Below are positions 27,517 through 41,607 of a stretch of DNA of 64,000 nt, piece after piece. Both the position numbers and the translations under genes were made by a program. Numbering within the stretch: the first letter of the stretch is position 1; every line of letters starts with the position of its first letter. This stretch comes from Chrysomallon squamiferum (lineage: Eukaryota > Animalia > Mollusca). Under the pieces are notes generated by a model, which was given only the letters and a program-made list of their open reading frames with translations, was not told the origin of the DNA and ran no database searches. Location of the stretch: positions 19,406,001 to 19,470,000 of the forward strand of contig CM022665.1 of NCBI GenBank assembly GCA_012295275.1, written 5' to 3'.

Positions 27517-29157
27517 CAATTTACAGCCGATATCAAAGCTGTAGTTTATAATTCGATCGCCTGTTGGAACAACGCTAGAGTGAGTACAACAATTCGCGGC
27601 GAATGTTGCTGCAATATAGATTCCGATAAATGAATTATTAACATCGTGCTGGGGATATATATGGAACTTCTATAAATATTTACCCATAGTGTAGGCGGCG
27701 GTAAGGACAAATATGAATTCCCGGGCGATCCAAGCTCGCGATTCATTCACGCCTATTTTACATTACTGTATAATTATCATACTGTACCAATAGTGCCAGA
27801 AAGCGTGATGTGACGTCAGTATGCTCTAGTTTCTTTTTAGTTTCTACAGTCTTTTTTTTTTTTTTTTTTTTTAAATTGAAGTATATTTGAAAAGTGCGTT
27901 ATTAAAATGTCAAAGTGTATTTAATTATACCATTTTATTAAATGATTTCTTTTTTAAAATGAATGAATGGATAAATAAATAAATGATTACATTGTGGGCT
28001 CATTTGATCGGAATAAAATTATTTTATACATACCAGTATTTATTTATTATGTAAATGAAATATATTACACCGACACTAAAAAGAAGAAGGCGTTTATTGA
28101 TAATAAAATGAAGTAAAAACAATGTTTTGAAAAAACTTGCAACATATGACGTAAAACAAACAAACAAACAAACAAAAAATAAAATAATAATGTTATATAT
28201 ATATATATATATATAAGATATACTGAAAGAAACAGTAAGACGTAAATGAGATAATTCTTACACGACTGAAACATATTTACATGCAATCAGTTAAAATATA
28301 AGTCATCATTGTTTTTAATTATAATTATTTTTGTTCAGTAAAAAAAAAAAAAATTACATCATACTCTTGTGAAACAAGCAAATGCGCATTTTAAATATAT
28401 CTAATATTTCCAGTAAAGGATATCACTTTAAAAATCCATTTCATTTTCATGACAGTTTGAATCTAACACTCAAACACTTTCAGTTTAAATGTACCTCCAA
28501 GTTATTATTTTACTGGTTTAGATGACTTATCTTCGGTAGCAAATTGGCTTCCCTCTGTGCAATAACATTACGACTACAGGAAAATAGCGGTGTCCAAGTA
28601 TTTTTTAACTGTCCTCTTTTGTTTTTATAATTCATTACTGATTAAGATTGGTCGTCAGGAAACATAAATATAACATGGAAATATACATTATATGTTTAGG
28701 CCTTCGATTCTTCGTATTAAGACACATTTTAAGAGCGTGTTTCAACGAAGATTTCTAACTCTGTATTTATATGTCTATTTTCACTGTGAATTATAGTTTC
28801 GGTATTCCTTAAATTTTATTGAAATAATATTTTCACAAGTTAAAAAAAATTTAAAAAAAAAAAAAAAAAAATTAATTAATTAATAAACTAACAAGAACAA
28901 AATAGATAATTACCTATCAGTAATAAAATAAATAACTAAAAAAAAATAATAATAATAAAAATAAATATTTAATTACTTGATGATTTTTCTGTAGCTGATT
29001 GTTATCTTTTTCTAAAAACTTGAGATCTGGTCTAAAAGAATTGTAAAATTAATGCCAATGGGGTTGGTGTTTTTTGGTTGTCTTTTTTTTTTTTTTTTTT
29101 TTTTTTCCTCAGTGCCGTAATATGCATTTTTATCCATGATTTTGTATGTTTGTATAA

Positions 29158-29409
29158 CTAGAACAAATCGTGCCAAAGATAACTTTAGACATCTATTGGA
29201 TCCAAGCACACTACCTTGGGAACCTTAATGCAGGGCATAGTGAGTAGGTTATTGGGTCAGCAAAAGAAAAAAGTCCGCCCTCGGTGCCTTCTACAGCGAT
29301 ACGAGCCGAGTGAGATTGCTATTAATTAAATAAACTACTTATTATATGTTTTTTCAACTTTAAACCATTTCTTACTGATATATCACGAACTTTTTTCTTC
29401 CTTTTTAAT
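29158..29409. repeat. 252-bp direct repeat, copy 2
   Basis: Matches 27265-27516. Confidence 0.9.
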
Positions 29410-29429
29410 TAACTGGCTGCCAATATCAA

Positions 29430-30280
29430 CCTCGTTTTGATCAACAAGTGTTTACTAAAATTGTGCGAAAAAAAATATACTGTGGGAGAGACTCTCCTCA
29501 GACAGCTGTGTTTGTAGATCTTAATAACGCTGACACTGCTTTATTAAGATGAAAATGTTGTTCAAGTTCGAGCCAATAGTTTCGTAATCTAAAAATATTT
29601 CTCACTCTCGTCAACAGCATCACCTTATTTCGGTCAATGTTTTTTTTTTTTTTTTTTTTTTTCTTTCATTATTATGTTGAGAGTAACCATTTTCCTTACC
29701 AGTTATATAGTTATTATTATTTCAAGCAATTGCTTTAATGGGTCACTTTCGGGCACTAATAATACAACGTCTTCTGCATACATCAACAAAGAAACACAGA
29801 CATCATCTAATATTGGAGTAACATCCATTATTAATTTCATAGGCCAGGTCACTCATAGGATATCTCGAAATTATAAGTTAAAAAATAATTAAGATTTCAC
29901 CAGTTTGTTTTCCTGCCATTATTTTAGTTCTTAAAGTCTGCCACACTATCGATTCTAACTCCACCAGTATTTCATTCCTCGAAGTTGTTTCCTTTACTGA
30001 CCAGCGTGAAAGCATTCAACCATAATTTCACTTTTTATAACTTATACATTTTTATTTAATGTTTCCGAAAATAGCGCGAAAAAAATGGAAAATGTGCGGC
30101 ATGTTGCCAAAGAATTTCTATAATGTTTATTTTTGTTAATTTACACTTTTCATAAAGCTGTAGAAAAGCTCTTAACGGCGAATGACACCTACTGATGAAA
30201 CACATTTACTCTTGCTGATGCCAGTTTTGTCAGAGTAAATTTGCTCGTTTTGTGTTTGAAAAGTTGTATCTCTCCACCCG
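29430..30280 (-). mobile_element. LINE reverse transcriptase remnant
   Basis: Minus frame ILDDVCVSLLMYAEDVVLLVPESDPLKQLLEII resembles LLYADDxVLL...LQxLL, with catalytic YADD decayed to YAED. Boundaries approximate. Confidence 0.65.
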
Positions 30281-31486
30281 CAAAGTTAAAAAATAGTTTT
30301 AAAAACAAATTATAAAAAATATTAAAAAGTTAAAGTGTCAGGAAAAGACTCAAGAGTATCTGGTTAATGCCTAATAAATCTGACCGAGACTTGAACTTTG
30401 CAACAGAATTGAAGTGAGTTACATGAATCAAAGTGTATAGTGCACTAAGTAGACAGATCATAAGATCGCTTACCTTTTACTGATAACAGACTGATATAAT
30501 TACTTCACGTCATCGCCGATTGGTGTACAACGCGAATTTATCACGTTTCAAAATATTGCATTATTCGTACATTTCTATACAGAGTCGGAGTTGCATAATG
30601 ATTAGAGAGGACTTGACTAACAAGTGATTGTATGCTGGATCGATCCTCTGTAGTGGACTTACGACATTTAAATATCCAGATATCTGATCCAACGTCCTTG
30701 GGAAATTAATTAAGATTAGATGATCATGACGACATTATTGAAACTGATAAAAAAAATAATAAAAAATGCATAAGATAAATGACTTGGTTTTGACATTTGT
30801 TTTGGTTGTATTGTTGGTTTGGGCTGGGATCTGATTTTGTGTTTACTTAGAGTATAAGTGAGGTTAGCGTTCCGTGAGGACTGAGGTTCAGTTTGGGAAA
30901 TGTTTGGCTTTGTGTCTGTTGTTTGAGATGACTGGGGTGCAGGCGTATTAAGGGTTAGACTTTTTGACAGCACTGGACATCTTTGTTGCTAATACGAGTA
31001 TTTTGCAGAGCAAGTAAACTTTTGTATAACTGATTTATATTTAAAATACAAGCTGTCACTTACACTACTACCATTACTACTACTACTATTACTACTACAA
31101 ATGTTACAACTACTGCTGTTACTACTACTGCTGCTGCTGTGACTACTACTACTATTATTATTACTACTATAAGAAAGTGGTGATAATAATATTTTCGTAG
31201 TAATAGGACTAGCTGCGCGTTTCATTTCTATCTTTATTATTTATTTATTTTTCTTTTCTTTCTTTTTCTAAATAAGAAAAAACATACAAAACAAAAAACA
31301 ACTCAATAAGTAAAACATGAGTGGGCAGATATAATAAAGTGGGAAGAACCGCAAGTGAAAATCCCAGTGGACTCTGCTTTTCGATACGTTAACTTTGATT
31401 TTGATAGGAAGATGGAGTTCACTGACCATTACACTTCTTTATGTTACATTGTTAGATCTCACTGTTACTGCATTTTTTCTTATCTC

Positions 31487-31487
31487 A

Positions 31488-31567
<80 letters not shown>
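31487..31567. repeat. (CA)n(GA)n compound microsatellite
   Basis: Direct observation. Confidence 0.95.
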
Positions 31568-31570
<3 letters not shown>

Positions 31571-33343
31571 CCATTTTTCTTTGTAAGGTCCTCTCTGACT
31601 GTTTGAATCGTATTTGGCAGACACGTTAAATAATTAAAAGGGTAAGATATAAACTCGGGTTGTTGCGTCAACCACAGATTCAGTGACTTAGCGACAGTTT
31701 GGAAATATAAAGACTTTCTCCTGGGACGGGGTAGCACATTGCATTACCCCTCACATCAAGAACGTATCTGTTTGCCAAGAATAACTCACTTTATTATTCC
31801 CAAGTCGTCACAAATTGCTTCCGCGTTGCTATACTAATTGAAAATACTGAGTCCAAACGTCAAAAGCAGAGGTCTGTCGTAGAAACAATAATGGGAAATA
31901 GAACTGTTTTATTTGAAGATAATAGTTTTATTTGTTTATTTATTTGTTTGTTTGTTTGACAGTTTGTTTGTTTGTTTGTTTGCATATACTCTTATGTTGC
32001 TAAAACATTTTTATTGGTGTTTTCTTTTGCCTATATTAATTTGTTGTCTATGTGGGTTTTTTCGTTTTTACTATATTTCTTTACTTATTTACTTCTTTTA
32101 TTTTTTTTATTTTTTATTTTTTTATTATTTATTTATATTTAATTATTTTTTAATCAAAACAGTATTGATATAATACAGATTTTTCACAACGTACAATTTT
32201 AGTACTCTATTTCATTCTTTCATTCGAAAAGATTATTATTACTTTTTAATTATTTGAGTAAAACAGGAAAAGTTTTTACAATTAGATAGAATTAAGTAAA
32301 TAGATTCCATAAAACAAAACAAAATAAAATACATTTATTAATTAATTAACAATTTCTAGAACTATTATATCAGCGTGTATTTTCTTTCTGTGGTGAGTCT
32401 GTTTTTAATGGGAAAGGTATAGTAGTGAATCAGACCATATGCAAATACATTTTGTTTTACATGTTCCTAATGCAAAGGTCATTTACCCATTATGGTAAAA
32501 AAAATATATATCTTGCTCAATTTCTACACATTCGAAAATAGGTTTGCAACCTTTTGGAATTTACTCAAAACAAACCAAAAAAAAAAAACAACAACAAAAA
32601 AACCCAAACAAAAACGCGTTAATCTTTGAATATTTATTTTTAGAATCGAGTTAGGAAATGAATAAAAAAAAAAAATTTAAAGGGAGAGAGAAAAAAGTTT
32701 ATTTTTGCAATAAATGTTTCACATAACATTCCATTAAATTTTAATGTTTTTGATTTTCGTTTTCTTTTTCAACCCCTTTTGTCGTTTTTTATTGGTTTCT
32801 TTTTCTATTTGTAATAACAGGGAGTCAAGGAATTGTCACTTTAGCACATTTAAATGTCAATACAATCAAGTACGATATAATCTTGAACAGATAAAAAAGA
32901 ATTAAATATATATATACCCCCCACTGAAACTTCAAACTGATTGTTAATAGAACTCACAGTTAAATCTTTTCATTTTCTTCAAAACCAAAAAAAAAAAAAA
33001 AAAAAATTACAATTAAAAAAAATTTAAAAATTAAAAGATAAAAAATAAAAATAAAATAATGACATTTTGCCCTTATTACTTTCAAAATATCAAAACTTGT
33101 GAATTTTTTTCTGTTTAAATGTGCATTAAAAGCCATTCACAGTAGTAACTGTTCAAAAATGAAAAGTGACGAATGATGTGAGAAAAACGAAAATGAACGA
33201 GTCCATTTTGCAGATTCATAATTCGGTTCTTCCAAAATGTTTACGGTTTCATTCAAGTTACTGTTCTCACTTTTCTTGCATTACTTATTCTGTTAAAACT
33301 ACTACGTACTTTTGAGACATATACAAAAATAAATAAACCAGTA

Positions 33344-33375
<32 letters not shown>

Positions 33376-34967
33376 ACAAATACACACACCCACATACATA
33401 CACACAAACACACTCACACACAGACACACACACACAAACACACACACACCCGCACACACAGATACACACACTCAAACACACACACACTCACATACAGTCA
33501 CACAAACACACACACACACACAGATACACATGCCCAAAAACATAAGCACACTCCGTATTTCTCAAATCAGTTTCCTTCAAATTTAACGTTTCAAACAAAA
33601 ACAAATTATAAAGGGTTAATTGTCAGCATTTCATACGCCGATCTCTTAGTAAGATGTTATAGACGCGCACGCGCACTTACACACACATGCAAACATGTTC
33701 GCACGCATGCATATTTTTCTCAGTTTTTTTATTGACTATATGAATAACTTTGACCACAATTTTCAGTTTATAATATAGGTCATAATAATATAAATTACTG
33801 GCGATCAGATAAGGTGTGAAGTGTTATCATGTATTTATTTCTTTATAATATACACACCATTGTTAAGTTTTACAGTAATTACACAGGTGTTAACTACCTT
33901 ACCTACATTATTTTGCATCATCATCACGGTATGTTAGATCATTTATATCATAAATTTTAGATTAACAGTGACTGCTAATCTTCCTCATTTTGTTACCAAT
34001 TTATCGATTTATTCAATTAAATTCTATTTTCTGATGTCCCTACATACACACATACACGTTTATTTTGTTTTGAATAATAAAACTCATTTTATAATTATTA
34101 CATTTTTGCCTAATAAATCCAATCCGGATTATAAATATCAGATGTCTTCTTTAGAATGTCAGAAGAAAGAAATTCATGTCTATATCACTGATATATCTTT
34201 TGTCAAATTACTGAAATACCTTTCTTAATTATCGATCATATACGATATACTTTTCAAATTAATTTACACATGAAATAATTTTTTTTTTTCTAAATATCTA
34301 CCATCCATACATTCAGATAAATTTTCTTATTACTCTACAGATCATTGCACCACTGTAAAGAATCAATTAACATTATGATCGCTGTGAATATTATAAAGAG
34401 AAATTAGAACAGGTCTTCATGATCAGACAAGAACAAAGGCTGCATAATTCAGTATAGGCTTGGTCATGGTAACGTAATAACATCTATTTTTACACAGCAG
34501 CAGTCAAGTTTTCGCGGGTAACTATGACATAGATGTGGCATCGAGGTCATCACGTTTTCGGTTTTCGTTACAGAACGCCCTAGGACAATGTTATTCCGGA
34601 CACAAGTCTGTTTTCTGTAACAGTCCGTAAGTATTGGAGTCAAGGTTGAACCGATACAGTGTAGAAAGTAAATTTCCTTATAACCTGTCGTGCACAGAAA
34701 GAAGAAGAAAAATAATAATAATTACCGGTAAAGAAGATTTAAGAACCGAAGAGTTATTTATGATTATTGGACATAAGTTATATAAATCAATATGCTTTAG
34801 TCAGTGGGTCAGTGGGTTATTTATTATTTCTGTTTAGACTGCATAGTATGTATTCCATGTATAGTATGTATTAAACGTATACAACTAGAAGCAAAAATGT
34901 ATCAAATATGTTTATAGACAACTACTGAAAAAGGAAGAGGTATGATCAAACATTCATTTATCATGCA

Positions 34968-34998
<31 letters not shown>

Positions 34999-35090
34999 GA
35001 AAGATTTGCAATCAACGCCTGTGATCATTCTCTTTCTCTCTATTACACACATCCATTCGCACGTACGCACACACACAGACAGACACACAG

Positions 35091-35130
<40 letters not shown>

Positions 35131-35586
35131 GAACAAGGTTGTTATATAGGTAAAGTTTACATTCTCCTCATTACATCTGGTATACATTCTACAAATTATA
35201 TTAATACGAAACAGTACGTATGTAAACAGATTAGAAAATTTCAGTGTAATTCGTGCCAACCTCTAAAATAAATAGTAATATCACATGCTAAATATATTCC
35301 ACGTATTTCGATCAGTACTTTCTTCTTTTTACCTCCCCGTGCACATGTTGTTATTATGGAATAGGTATCTTATTGTGAAATAGATAGAATCAATAACAAA
35401 ACAAGCCAGCAAAGAATGAGCCACTGTAAAATATATTAAAAATATTTTATTAGAAAAAGAACAGGTAGACTGTATGCATGCAACATGTATGAAATTTCAA
35501 ATACAAATGTTAATCATTAAATATATATTCATCATAGATATATGATTCGATTTCATTATTTTACAAAATTAATGTTCAGTTTCATT

Positions 35587-35614
35587 TCTCTCTCTCTCTC
35601 TCTGTCATATACAC

Positions 35615-35704
<90 letters not shown>
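35587..35704. repeat. (CT)n followed by long (GA)n microsatellite
   Basis: Direct observation. Confidence 0.95.
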
Positions 35705-35706
<2 letters not shown>

Positions 35707-38700
35707 GTACATGTTTATTAATTCTGACCCGGTTGCAGTTTTTTATGAGTCAGTGATTAAATATGAAAAACATTCATATGGTAAGTTTCATGTTACTTTC
35801 AGTGACAATCAGAAAAAATAAAATAAGAACATCAGTTTACGTTTTTTTGAATTTTTCTAAATATTTGTATTAATAATGATCGTATGTATTGAACAAACAT
35901 ATTCTTTCTAAAATTCACGTTTTTTACAAACAGCATTCCGCGACTAACGATGAAATCACTTTCATTTGCATCAGTAGGAATTTACAAAAGCAATAATAAT
36001 AGAGTGAAAAAGTAAGGTGGTGGGCCGCTGTCATAGTGGTTAATGTAACTTACAAGATGAAATGAGTTTCTTTGTGAGATTTAAACAAATAAATAAATGG
36101 GTAAAAAAAATAGAAAAAAATGTTAACAGTGATTCTTCTTCCTGGTGGAATCTTATTTGTTAGAGAAAGGCATGGTAACCAGTGACGTTGTAATCGTCAG
36201 CATTTCCATATCGTGTCCACGCTGTCGGTGATTTTTGCAGTAGTCGGGGTCCTCTTTTTCTGTTTTTCCTAGCTGATCACGTGATGCAAACGCTCGTGGA
36301 GTCTCGAACGCAATACTGTTGTATTGATCTTCATTGCTTCCCTTTTTTTTTTGAAGACGAAGATGTTTTTAATCGGATACGATTGTATCCTCCTGAATTA
36401 CCTACACGTAATTTTCTGACTGCTTCAGAAGTTATCGTTATCTTCATCTACCTGTACTCTCGCTATTTTGTTTCTCTCTGTTCTGCTTCCTTTGGCAAAT
36501 ACGTATACTAGTTCGTAATGAAAGACAGTCGTGTTGTCTTTGACATGTTGTATTTTAGGCGTTGGTTCGTTTTTATCCAACATCGGTTTCTTTTTAACTA
36601 TCGTCAGGCACTGTCACTAACTGACAAAGGGACGCAACTCCCATATCGTTAGTCAAACAGCTGTCATCACAGGAAAGGCCCAGATAACAGTGGCATCTTT
36701 AGCAAGAGTAAGGAGTGCATTTCCTACATATTACCAACAATTTTGTGAATAAGCATTAATTTTAGTTGACTAATTAAATTAATATATATATATATATATA
36801 TATATATTATTTAACTTTAAGTAAGCGTTGACTGCATGTTTTATAATAGTAATAATATTAAGTTCAAATATTTAAAAAAGCAAAAGAACAAGAAATAAAA
36901 TCTACTTAACAACTAGTAACGTGTTTAATGTCTTCTTTTTTAAAGTGTCTTAGTGGATATTCACTGTCGTAAACAGTCAACAGCTGTTTCATAACGTAAA
37001 CGTCATCTACGTATCAATGTGTGTATTTAGGAAAACGTACACTGATTAAAATTATGTGGCCGAACATCAGACAACTCGAAGAGCAACAACTAATAAAACA
37101 AACAAATAATAAATAAATAAATAAATAAATAAATAAACAACAATGAACAAAACCTATTCAATCAAGTCATAGATACATTATTGTCAGACTAGTTGAATAA
37201 TGAGAGAGAAAGTCCATTGTTTTTTTAATTAGCTGCTAGAAAGAGAAAAAAAATCATAAAGGTTACATAATTTTTAACTAGATTCCAAACCCTCTGAACT
37301 AAATCAGTCATCGACTTTATGTTTGGGTTTGTGTACGCGACAGTTTCTGTGTGTCTATCTGTATGTAATTATATAATTTTTGAAATTTTAAATAGATAGA
37401 GATGTAATTATCTGTTGCATAATAAAAAATATTTATTTATTTGAATTATGTTACAAAGTAAAAATGATTAAAACTAATCAGCAGCAACATTTTTTTTATC
37501 AAAAACGTCGCAGTTTTTGTGATGCATATGCAGAGGTTTGATGCAAACGTGTGATGAGTTAAAGTGAGAACTAACTAGCTGTTACGAGGTAACTCGTTAC
37601 CTAATCTAGTAATAAAAAAATTAAAATTAAAATTAAAAATGAACACTATTTTAAGACTAGTATGTATTAATAATATTCAGACCTGATGGTATGCAAGATA
37701 AAAATTTAAAACATAAAAAGAATGTTTATATATGGTAACCGTTAAAAACTGAAAAATGTCTGCATTTAAAACAAATAATAAAATAATATAAGAACAAGAG
37801 CAACCACTGCAATGACCAAGATAGAACCGCCAACAAGAATTTTAACTGGAGGAGGTCTCTTGTCTTTCTCTCTGTTTGTTGTTCCTGTTGTTTTTGTTGG
37901 AAAATGAAAACATTTAATGAAAAAAAAAAATAAAATAAAAAATATAAAAAAAATAATAATAATAAATAAAATAAAATAAAATAAAACAAAATAAAGTTTA
38001 AAAACATATGATTAAAAAATAAAATGATTTTCTGGAATTTCTAAATTCAGTAGTACATAATTATTCAACATTTACCGATTTTTTTTTTTACTTTTTTCAA
38101 GATTATAAATTACATTGCTAAATATAGCAACGCAAATTTTCTTTGGCCATTATTGCTACTGTAATTGATGCTAGCCACACATGATGTGAAAATAAAAAGA
38201 AACATGCCTGTTTTTACTTTCATGCATTCATATTTGATTACAGAAATAGCTGGATATGAATTTTAATCCTTCGCTGAATATCTTGTCTGATTGTGATGCA
38301 TTGAAAAAACAGAAACTTTTCTGACAGCATGTTTTAGTTATTTTAATATTATCAGCTTAACAAATTGGAACTTTTTCACACAATATTGTGCATGTAACAG
38401 TCAGTCCAACATTACAAACATTTTTCTTAAAAACGTAAGATGCATTGACAATTCTGATATATGGAGAGCTGTTATTGCATGCCAGTTTTTGAGAACATTC
38501 TGCATTTAATCTCAAATATGCTTTGGAAATTTTAAATTCTTCTCTAATCTAAATCTGTGTACAAATAATAATAATAACAACAAGTAGTAGTAGTAATAGT
38601 AGTAATAGTAGTTGTGGTGGTAGAAGAAGACACTGTCACTGGTACTGTATCTTCATTCTAATAATCTTTTCACAGCAGTAATGTGACAGATTATATGCCT

Positions 38701-39904
38701 ACTCAGTTTATTTTTTGGAGCAAAACTACTACACCAAGTTTTGTAAAATAATCTAAAACTTACATCAAAAAAAGAGAATGGTTCCTCATTTTCACATTCA
38801 AGACATATTCCAAACAAATGTTTAACAATTTCTAATTCCACTTATAACATTAAGATAAAATTAGTGATCATAAAGGTAGTCTCAATGTAACATAATAATA
38901 TATTTATTACATTATGTACGTCACAATAAACATAAAAAATAAAAAATAGATATACTTCACACCTACATATTTATATTAAGAAAAGAAAAGAAAAGAGAGC
39001 TGTATTTATGGATTTCTCTTCCTACTTCCTGGTAGTTTTAATACACACAAACCTGTAAAATGTCACATGAACCAAGATATTCACCTTTTCCACTAAGAGT
39101 TATAAACTAGCTGTACTAAAAAGAACATTTTCCTTAGTGTTTTTTCTTCAGGCTCCTGTTTAGATTATTGTTTGCTTTCCATTTGAACTGTGAATGAAAT
39201 TATTTGCCTTTTATGATCAGTGTGTTTATTTGAACATAATAGATTTTGGACAGTCAGTTTTAGATGTTTTTTTCCATTATCTAGTTAGCTTATTTTGACA
39301 AAAGATAATAAAGAACACTTCAGCATAAAAAATACCTTGGCTTTTGCATGTGAGAATAATTATATTCATTGTTAAACTGTTTAAAATTCAGTTTTTCTAA
39401 ATTTTTATCAAGTTACAGTATTAAAATCAAAAAGGATTTTAAAAAGAAAAAACAAAAAGAATGAAAAAGTTTATTTATATAAAATATGAAAGAGAGAAAG
39501 AAAAAAGATCTATCTTTGTATGTGTATTAAACATTAAAAAAAAGTTTAACTTAGTATTTCTGAAACTGTAAACTTCCTGGATTCAAAAGATTTTTTTAAC
39601 AGTTTACCAGTTACAACCATTTAATGTAAATGATTACAGGGGATCTGAAAGAAAATCTAGTTATACCATTTTTTATTTAACTGGTCCCAAATAATATGTG
39701 TTGTCAGTCTACTATCTTCAATAGTTCAGTTTTAACAAAAAATCTATTTTGCAAAATAATCTGAAACAACAACAAACAAACAACAGTGTTTCAGTGTTTT
39801 AATAAATTAACAATGAAAAATATTTTCTTTTTAGTTATTCTTTGAATTAAAATCATTTGTTTGCATGCAACAATTCCTCATCCCTCATGATAAATATTTT
39901 ATGC

Positions 39905-39946
<42 letters not shown>

Positions 39947-41607
39947 CACATACATGTGTATAAAATAAACATGCTTATCTATTATATCTTAGTTATATAC
40001 AGCAGAATACTAATATACACTTCCACTGATAGATTCTATCACATACAACTGAACTTCAGACAAACTAAACTATTTTAAAGTTTGTTACTTTTGTTTGTTT
40101 TGGGTGTTCTTATTATTAAATTTAAAAAAAAAAAAAAAAATTAGTATATAGACTAAAAATATCTAGTTATACTTTTCCAGTTGTTATAAAATAGCTATAC
40201 ATCCAGAACCTAAACTAAAGTGTATTTTGATAACTTAAATTTGATTAAACTCAAAACCTGTACAAAATTGTAATCAAAATACATTGTGAAAAATTTCTTT
40301 CACTGATACATTGTACCTACATTAACTGTACAAAATATGTGCTGTCCTGAAAGTTATTTTATTATTTCAAATAATTTTATATATTTAGTTAATATATAGA
40401 GTGATGTCAATTTTCCACATATTATTTTTGATCTTTTTCATAATCATTTGAAATATATTTCTTTTATCTGCTTACATTTCTATTCTTTCCTTTCAGCTTT
40501 CAATTTTATAATTTACGGTTGTACTAATATTGCTACTAATATTCCTGATATTTTGTCATATTTTTCAACATATTTCAATCAGCTATAAATTAAACATAAA
40601 AATAGAAGAAAAAATTAGCAACTTTTGAGTCATTTTTATATTTTATAAACTATTCTTTAATGTATTTGTGGCAAGAAAGTTCTGCTGGCAAGTGAAAATT
40701 AACATTAGAAACTCATTATCAAATAATAAAAGCAATATTTTACTGAATTTAAATTTTATGTGTCGATTTAATACTTCTAATTTTGTAAGTTATTATCAGT
40801 TATTATATTTAACATTTTGTTTTTATTTATTACAGATTGCATCAGTAAATAAAGAAAAAAGAACAAAAAAAGAAGAAAATAAAAGTAAGTAAATAAATAA
40901 ATGAATTCTCTGTTGCACGTGCAAATGTTACAATACTGGCCCAAATTCATAAATAATTTCCAGCCATATTAATTTATAAAAATATAATAGTAATAACAAA
41001 CGTACAAAATGCTCATACAAATATACAATATGTAGAAAACAATATTTAACTTTTTTCACACATAAAAATATATATTTCAAATTTTTATTTAAATCATACA
41101 AATTTAATTTCACCCTTCCACCATCCCATCAAACACATTGATACAACTTGTATCCAACAAAGCAGTGTTACACATTGTAGTCCACATCCACTCACAGAGT
41201 GACAGCATGTGCTGCTCATTTTAAGTACATTTAGTTAATAAAATAAAATGAAACACTTTATATACAGATTATCAAGGATATAAAAGAGGTGAAACAGAAA
41301 CTTAAAAAATCAACATGCAGAAAAAATTAAACTAGTTTATATATAGCAGGTTAAATAATGGATAATAAAAGAAATATAATATTTAAATAAAAATAATAAT
41401 AAAATTAAATTAAGAATTAAAATCAGTAATGTAGATTTTATAATTAAAACTACAATTCATTATTTACAGGTACAAATTTAGTTTTATTCTGTCAGTATCT
41501 GCTCCTGATTCCAGCAGAAGTGAATTATTTAAAAACTTTCTTTAAGTAAGAAGAAAAAAAATGTTTTCAATTCATTTGTCAGAAAACTAAATTTTTATCC
41601 TCTAGAT

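Noticed and set aside
27265-29409. LTR retrotransposon or CRISPR-like structure
   Set aside because: No TG...CA termini, PBS/PPT or gag/pol remnant between the repeats. Only two long copies in eukaryotic DNA, with no spacer array.
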